Assembly (NCBI GenBank): GCA_965116875.1 | Contig: OZ220733.1 | Coordinates: forward strand, 288,001-352,000 | DNA from: Candidatus Latescibacterota bacterium | Lineage (GTDB): Bacteria; Latescibacterota; UBA2968; GCA-2709665 | Length of the DNA stretch: 64,000 nt | Direction: 5' to 3' | Shown: positions 57,698 through 64,000 of the stretch, one piece after another | Position numbering within the stretch: the stretch's first letter is position 1 | Layout of the letters: every line of letters starts with the position of its first letter | Program-made: the position numbers and the translations under genes | Notes under the pieces: model-generated | Database searches by the model: none | The model's input: the letters and a program-made list of their open reading frames with translations, nothing else | What the model was told of the DNA's origin: nothing

Positions 57698-60600
57698 TTA
57701 GAACAACCCGGTGAAGTCGATCGAGAAATATTGCTTGGGGTGGCCCGTCTCAGCAAAATCGGTGGGCCACGCCAGGTCGTAGCGAAACAGTGCCAGCCCC
57801 ATATTCACCCGAACACCCAGGCCGTAGCCCGCTTTCAGGTCCCTTAGCTCGAACCCGCCGTCCCGGGCCTCCCACGGTTCGAAACTGTCTCGATTGAACG
57901 CACTTCCAACGTCAAGGAACAATTCACCCTGTACATTCTGAAAGAACAGGGGAAGCGGCCAGCCCATCACCAACTGCCTCAGTAACGGGAAGCGAAACGC
58001 GACGTTGGCCAGCGCATACGAGTCCCCGGCCATCTCGAACACGTCGGCGCCGCGCAGGGGCCATACAAAACTGGAGAAAAAGATGCGCTGCCGGTCGACT
58101 GACGCAAACGTGGCAAAATTAGGATTGATTGAATTGTTCACCCCACCCAGGAAAAAGACCTGGCTGTTCCGGCCGAAACTGGTGCCGCCGGACATACGTA
58201 CGGCGAAAGTGTACTCGTCCAGCATTGGAATATACTTTCTGTAGTCGGCCTGCACCGTTCCGTATTGCATTCCCGCCCAACTGCCCCGCACAGACAACCT
58301 CGCCCGTCTTCCCTTCGTGGGCCCATAAAGGGAATACAGCGCGTTGTCATCGACGAGTTCCAGGCTGTTGATAATGGCTTTGTTGCTGGAAACCGGCGTA
58401 CCGCTCCCCCGGATGACCCTGCCGGTATAGCCGCCGCGGAGATACTGGCTCTGATATGAGCCGAGGTTTTCGCGCGAGATGTTTATCGCCTGCATGCTCG
58501 TTTCGAGCCGTGTAAATCGATTGAATGGCCGTTGGAAGACAGCCCCGCCACCGAAGATGCGATCGGCTACGACCTGACCGTTTGAAATGAAGAAGTTTCG
58601 TGTGTGCAGTGCGCTGAGGTAATAGTTGGTCTGGTGTTTGAGGTTCTGGTATCCGAGGAAGAGGTCGCTGTCCTTGAGGGAGAAGCTCAGGCCGGTCTGA
58701 ACAACGACGCGGTGGTCGCCCATCACGTCCGTCAGCGACAACTGCAGGAGGCTGCTCACGCCGTAGAAGGTGTCGAAGCCCGCGTTGGCCCCAAAGGACT
58801 CCGGTTTGAGTTTCACGCGGTACTTGTTCACGGTGAATTCCCTGTTCCAGTCGCGCAGCGTCAGTTCCCTGTCGCCGTTGCCGTCCAGCGTGTCGGCATC
58901 GGCCGTGGCCTCCTCGTCATCGCCCCGCGCCTCCGCGGCGGCCAGCGCCATCTGGTCCGACATCCACGTCTCCACCTTCCGGTCCGCCGCCGCCGCCACC
59001 GCCGCTGCCGTGTCCTCCTGCGCAGCCACCGCCCCGCTGTCGGCCTCCGCCGTCGCGGCAACCTTCTGCTCCTGCCGCCGGTCGCGCTGCAACTCCACGA
59101 ACGGCCGGTCCTCGATGCCCGCCAGACGCTTCGCATAGCGCGTCAGCGGCAGATCCTCCATGCTCCGCTTCCGCTTGAGCGGGTCCTTCATCACGAAGAT
59201 GTCGTATCCCCCCGGTGGAACGTCGTGAACGCCAGCTTCCTGCCGTCCGCGCTCCAGTCGATATACCGCGCCCCCGACAACAGATTGCTGATCGGATACA
59301 CCTGCGAGCCGTCCACGTGCGCGATGTAGACGTTGCCCACGCCCGTCCTGTCCGACACGAACGCCAGCGTCTGCGAGTCCGGACCCCACGTGGGATGGCT
59401 GTCGTTCACCTCGCTTTCCACCACCCGCCGGATCTCGCTCCCGTCCGCCTTCAGCACGAACACGTCATACACCCCGAACTCGAAGTCCTTCGTCCCGTCA
59501 TACGAAAGGTCCGCCGACGGACGGTCCGAACTGATCGCGATCCATTCCCCGTCCGGAGACCAGTCCAGGTGCTTCTCGTCATACGGATCACGCGTCATCC
59601 GGCGCAGCGACTCGTCCGCCACGTCCACCACGTACACGTCCGACCACCCGTCCTTCAGTCCCACGATCGCGATCTGTTTCCCGTCCGGCGACCACGTGGG
59701 CTCGAACAACCCGTCCAGATCGAACTTGAAGCGCTTCGTCACACGCTTCTTCCTCACGTCCAGCGTATACAGCGTGTTCTTGTTGCGCGACTTCGCCGCA
59801 AACGCGATCTGCTTCCCGTCCGGCGACCACGTGATGCCAGGCCGCAGCACGAACAACCCCTCGAAGTCCGACGATCGCTCCCCCTCCACCAGCCGCCCCA
59901 GATCCTGACCGTCGATCGCCGACATCAAATAGATGTCGAACGTACCCTGGCGCTCCGTCACATACGCGATCTTGTCGCCCTGAGGTGAAAACGACGGCGC
60001 AATGTTGTAAAAACCACGGCCCGCGCCCGCCTCCGTCAGCTGCTTCGCCACCTCCTCCGACGGATGGTGCAGGTTGATCTCGTTCCAATACTGCCGCTTC
60101 AACCACAACTGCCACTTCTCGTCCAGTTCCTCCACACCCTCACCGATCGACGCCTTCAGCGCCTTGTCGACAGACCGCGCGGAACGGAACGAAGAGATGA
60201 ACTCCGCCACCTTGTCCTTGCCATACTCCTCCTCGATCATCACGAAGACGGACTGACCCCCCTTATACGCGAACGCACCGCTCAACGACGTCATCCCCGG
60301 CACAAAACCCGTGATCGTCGCGTGACGCATGAAATTGTCGCCCTCGCGGTCCCATCCACCCTGCGACAGATACTCCGCCACGCCCTCCGCGATCCACAAC
60401 GGCGGCAGCGACGCCGTCTGCGTCATCATCGCGCCCAGCCATCCACCGCCCGTCCACATCTCCAGCGTCACCACGTGCACCAGCTCGTGGTGAATCACGT
60501 GACGGAAGTCGGCATACGAACCCGTATACGGAATCACCACGCGTCCCTGCGCGAACTCCGTAAACCCGCCCGTGAACTCCGACTGCTCCGTCGGCGTGAT

Positions 60601-60897
60601 GTTCGTTACCGAAAACCCGTTGTGCGAGTTGTAGATCACAATCGGATACCGGTCCTTCAGCGTATACTTCAAGTCCTTCTCCAGACGCACCAGCGCACGC
60701 TCCGCCTCCTTCGCCGCAAACTCCGCGGCAGGCTGCGACGCCTTGTCGAAGTAGATCTTGAAATGCTCCGTCTCCAGAAAATGCCAGTCGTAATCGTCAT
60801 ACGTCACCTTGTTCTTCCCGAAATACTCCTGGCCGCCCGCTATGCCGCACGTGAACAGACTGATGAGAATCGCTGACGTCAACTGGCGCCCGATCAT
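57698..60897 (-). pseudogene. Gluzincin peptidase + PD40/WD40 beta-propeller + Omp85 (BamA/TamA) barrel protein, split by a one-base deletion at a G6 run (59208-59213)
   Basis: N-part: signal peptide, FGKNKV, HELVH, WIAEGVAEY, multiple WSPDG repeats; C-part: PLRGA loop-6-like motif, FLDVGSA, terminal F. One extra G restores FHRGGYDIF and a single ORF of about 1066 aa; could be a sequencing error. Confidence 0.8.
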
Positions 60898-61339
60898 AAT
60901 TGACCTCCTTACCTGAGCGGGAGTTGCGGGGGCCGGCGACAACGATTGGATCACCGCCCCCCACATCTCGACCTGTCGGCGTTTTTCGCGATCGTACAAC
61001 GACGATGGGGTGGGGGTCGGCCGCCGGGATTTTACCGCCCCCACCCCGCTCCCGCAAGACATCTGCGGGAAAAACTCAATGGCCTGATGATACGCTTTCT
61101 TCCCCAGGGACATCTGCCGCCCGTCCCTCGTGCTTCACCATTTAGAACGACGGTGAGACAAAATCGTTCCCCCGATTTTTCCAATGACTTCCGCGATCTC
61201 TTCCATATATTACCGGAACGGGAAGGCCGCCGTGCGCGTGGAATCCCGCTTCCGGAACCGCAGCGTCCTCCATGCCGTTGAACCCCGTTTGTACCAGTCC
61301 TGCCGCGACCGCGCGCCATGTCACCGCGGATATTATACG

Positions 61340-62527
61340 ATGGAAAAAATCAGAGTCGGCGTACTTGGTCTGCGACGGGGCATTGCCCATCTGCGCAACT
61401 TCCTGGCACTGGATCAGGCCGAAGTCGTTGCCGCCTGCGACCGTTTTCCCTATTACCGGGATCAGGCGCGCGAGCTTGTGGGCAGACATGGTTCGTCAAC
61501 CGAACTGCTGGTCGAGTATGAGGAACTGCTGGAACGCAAGCCGGACGCCGTGGTCGTCGCCAGCAACGGCAGACACCAGGTTGAACACGCCTGCATGGCG
61601 CTGGAGGCCGGCTGTCACGTTCTCTCGGAAGTCCCGGGTGCGGACACGGAACACGAACTGATTCGCCTCCGCGACACCGTGGAACGCACCGGATTGACGT
61701 ACATGCTTGCCGAAAACGCCTGTTACGCCGGATTCGTGCCGTATTGGCGCAAGTGGGTCCTGGAAGACCGCTTCGGCCCCATCTCAATCGCAGAAGCCGA
61801 ATACCTTCACTACCTGCCTCAAACGCTTTTCACACCCGACGGGAAACGCCTGTCGCCAAACGAGGCGCAGTCCGCTGGAGCCGTGAATGCGAAACCAATA
61901 TGGCGGGCAGACCAGCCTCCAATCCAGTATCTGACCCACGACCTGGGCCCGCTTCTGGAAATCCTGGACGACCGCGCCATTTCAGTTACCTGTCTGAGCG
62001 CCCCCTGGCGCTGCAGGGAAGCGCCACTGAGATCCGACGGACAGATCGCCCTGTTTCACACACAGAAGGGCACCCTGATCAAAATCATGGTTACCCTCAA
62101 CACAATTCGTCCTTCCGAGCACCGCTACAGGCTCTTCGGAACCGCAGGGAGCGCGGAGATGTTTACGTATGAAGAATGCACCCGTTATTTCGACAGCGGT
62201 TGCAGTCACCGTGAGGGTTGGAGAGTTCTGCCGGTCAGCAGGTCCGCCGTTGACGACGCAACCGGCGGCCACGGGGGAACGGATTTGAAAATCGCCGGGA
62301 TATTCACGGACAACCTTCTGAACGATCGACCCGCTTCAATCGACGTCTACCGTGCAATCGAATATACCCTGCCGGGCATCATCGCGGCACGCTCGTCGGA
62401 TCTGGGCGGCGCCCCTATTGCAATTCCCGATCTGAGACGAGCTCCGTTTACCGGGACAGACTTCTGGGACACACTGCAGATTCCGGAATCCGAGCCCGCC
62501 TCCGTCAACTACAGGCCGCCGCTGTAG
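61340..62527 (+). CDS. Gfo/Idh/MocA family oxidoreductase
   Basis: IRVGVLGL, HVLSEVP, YMLAEN, AEAEYLH, YLTHDLGP, GGHGGTD; start ATG 61340. Confidence 0.88.
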   Translation: MEKIRVGVLGLRRGIAHLRNFLALDQAEVVAACDRFPYYRDQARELVGRHGSSTELLVEYEELLERKPDAVVVASNGRHQVEHACMALEAGCHVLSEVPGADTEHELIRLRDTVERTGLTYMLAENACYAGFVPYWRKWVLEDRFGPISIAEAEYLHYLPQTLFTPDGKRLSPNEAQSAGAVNAKPIWRADQPPIQYLTHDLGPLLEILDDRAISVTCLSAPWRCREAPLRSDGQIALFHTQKGTLIKIMVTLNTIRPSEHRYRLFGTAGSAEMFTYEECTRYFDSGCSHREGWRVLPVSRSAVDDATGGHGGTDLKIAGIFTDNLLNDRPASIDVYRAIEYTLPGIIAARSSDLGGAPIAIPDLRRAPFTGTDFWDTLQIPESEPASVNYRPPL

Positions 62528-62580
62528 TATATCCGCCATCGTCCAGAGCCCCGCAGGCCCGACTCGCCCTTCACCTGCCA

Positions 62581-64000
62581 ATGACAATGACACACACATC
62601 CGTCGAACTCCAGCTATTGAAGAACAGGCTGGAGTCCATCGTGGACGACATGGCGCTCACGGTCGTTCGCACGGCCTATTCGACCATTCTCAGAAACTCG
62701 ATGGATTTTTCCACCGGCTTCTGCGATCCTGACGGCCGGCTGGTCGCACAGGGCCTCTGTCTTCCCCTGCATCTGGGCAGCCTTCCGGACGGGCTTGCCG
62801 CCGTACTGAGCCGGTATGGCGACGCCATTGACGAAGGCGATGTTTTTCTACTCAACGACCCGTATGATGGCGGCACCCACCTGCCTGACATCTACGTCTA
62901 CAAACCTGTTTTCGTCGACTCCCGCCTGCTTGGATTCACGACCGCCATCGCGCATCACACCGATATCGGCGGCCGGGTCGCAGGGGGAAACGCCTGCGAC
63001 TCCACGGAGATCTTTCAGGAAGGCCTGCGGATCCCGCCGCTCAAACTCTACGCCGCCGGCCGCCCCGTGCAAGCCATCTTCGACCTGATCGAGCGGAACG
63101 TCCGCGTTCCCCGAAACACCCTTGGTGACCTTCGCGCCCAGTTGTCCGCCTGCCATATCGGCGAAAGAGCGGTCGTCGCACTCGCGGAGGAACAGGGCTA
63201 CGATCGCCTCCAAAGCGGGTTTTCCGAACTTCTGGATTATGCCGAGCGCCTCACGCGAGCAGAAATCGACGCTCTTCCTGACGGGCGCTTCACGTTTACG
63301 GACGTACTCGACGACGACGGTATCGACCCTGATGAGATCCCCATCACCGTCACGGTCGAGGTCGCCGGCAGCGCGCTTTCGGTGGACTTCAGCGGCACAG
63401 CGCCCCAGGTCAAGGGCGCCATCAACTGTGTCGCTTCATTTACCAGGTCGGCGGTCTACGCCTGTCTGCGCTGTCTCATGCGTGCGGACGTCCCCACCAA
63501 CTCCGGATTCTTCCGTGCCATTGACGTCCGCGTCCCCTCCGCGACGATTGCCAACCCGGTGCCGCCCGCTCCCGTAGCCGCCCGCGGCCTCACCGGCTTT
63601 CGATTGGCCAACGCGATTATGGGCGCGCTCGCTCCGCTGGCGCCGCATATCGTGCCGGCGTGCGAAGTCGGAGGAGATACCGGAATTTCGATTGGCGGAT
63701 ACCATTCTGACGGGACGCCTTTTGTCTTTCTCGAGTTTCTCTTCTGCGGCTGGGGAGGTCGTCCGGACCGGGACGGGATCGACGGGTGCGCCAGTATTGT
63801 GGTCAATTTTTCCAATAACCCCGCCGAAGTCGTCGAAGCCGAATATCCGCTCCAGATCCTTGAATACGGATTCCTGACCGACACCGGCGGCGCAGGAAAA
63901 TATCGCGGTTGCTGCTCCATAGTGCGCGAGTACCGCTTTGCTGAAACGCAAGCAACCCTTCAGATCCGCTCGGATCGCCATAATTCGCGGCCCTACGGCC
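62581..64000 (+). CDS. hyuB: Hydantoinase B / 5-oxoprolinase subunit, partial (runs off window end)
   Basis: Not in ORF track; manual translation from 62581: LESIVDDMALTVVRTAYS...DFSTG...LHLG...NDPYDGGTHLPD...HHTDIGG...EIFQEGLRIPP. Confidence 0.9.
   Translation, partial: MTMTHTSVELQLLKNRLESIVDDMALTVVRTAYSTILRNSMDFSTGFCDPDGRLVAQGLCLPLHLGSLPDGLAAVLSRYGDAIDEGDVFLLNDPYDGGTHLPDIYVYKPVFVDSRLLGFTTAIAHHTDIGGRVAGGNACDSTEIFQEGLRIPPLKLYAAGRPVQAIFDLIERNVRVPRNTLGDLRAQLSACHIGERAVVALAEEQGYDRLQSGFSELLDYAERLTRAEIDALPDGRFTFTDVLDDDGIDPDEIPITVTVEVAGSALSVDFSGTAPQVKGAINCVASFTRSAVYACLRCLMRADVPTNSGFFRAIDVRVPSATIANPVPPAPVAARGLTGFRLANAIMGALAPLAPHIVPACEVGGDTGISIGGYHSDGTPFVFLEFLFCGWGGRPDRDGIDGCASIVVNFSNNPAEVVEAEYPLQILEYGFLTDTGGAGKYRGCCSIVREYRFAETQATLQIRSDRHNSRPYG

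Noticed and set aside
59215-60876. Long plus-strand ORFs 59215..59988, 59333..59908, 60064..60876
   Set aside because: Antisense shadows produced by the G-ending codon bias of the minus-strand gene; no motifs or RBS

Overview
GC-rich bacterial chromosomal window with about 47 real CDS, one tRNA-Thr(CGT), one complete and one partial copy of a small inverted-repeat mobile element (MITE), and a degenerate 8-bp repeat array. The left half (about 1-30 kb) is a catabolic region of the kind seen in polysaccharide/glycosaminoglycan-scavenging lineages such as Latescibacterota or Poribacteria (taxonomy is inference only). It holds two heparinase II/III-like proteins with an N-terminal 4-Cys motif, a sulfatase, a DUF6067-like and a GH127-like protein, plus uronate dehydratase, aldolase, enolase-superfamily, GGT and ceramidase-like enzymes. 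The 32-45 kb segment holds the best candidate for an undescribed system: a sigma54-type promoter followed by TolC, a bifunctional nucleotidyltransferase/CDP-alcohol phosphotransferase, an MlaC/HpnM-like carrier and an MMPL/RND exporter. This is followed by an internally duplicated membrane protein, a GMC oxidoreductase and a Gfo/Idh/MocA dehydrogenase, suggesting polar-lipid (possibly inositol-lipid) synthesis, modification and export. The right half has a GWxTD-TPR protein, a LysR divergent from an archaeal-type PurA with unusual substitutions, an orphan Ig-like/LivJ-type lipoprotein, a frameshifted and codon-mosaic peptidase-beta-propeller-Omp85 gene with a structured leader, and a partial hydantoinase B. 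All calls come from reading motifs by eye; no database searches were run.
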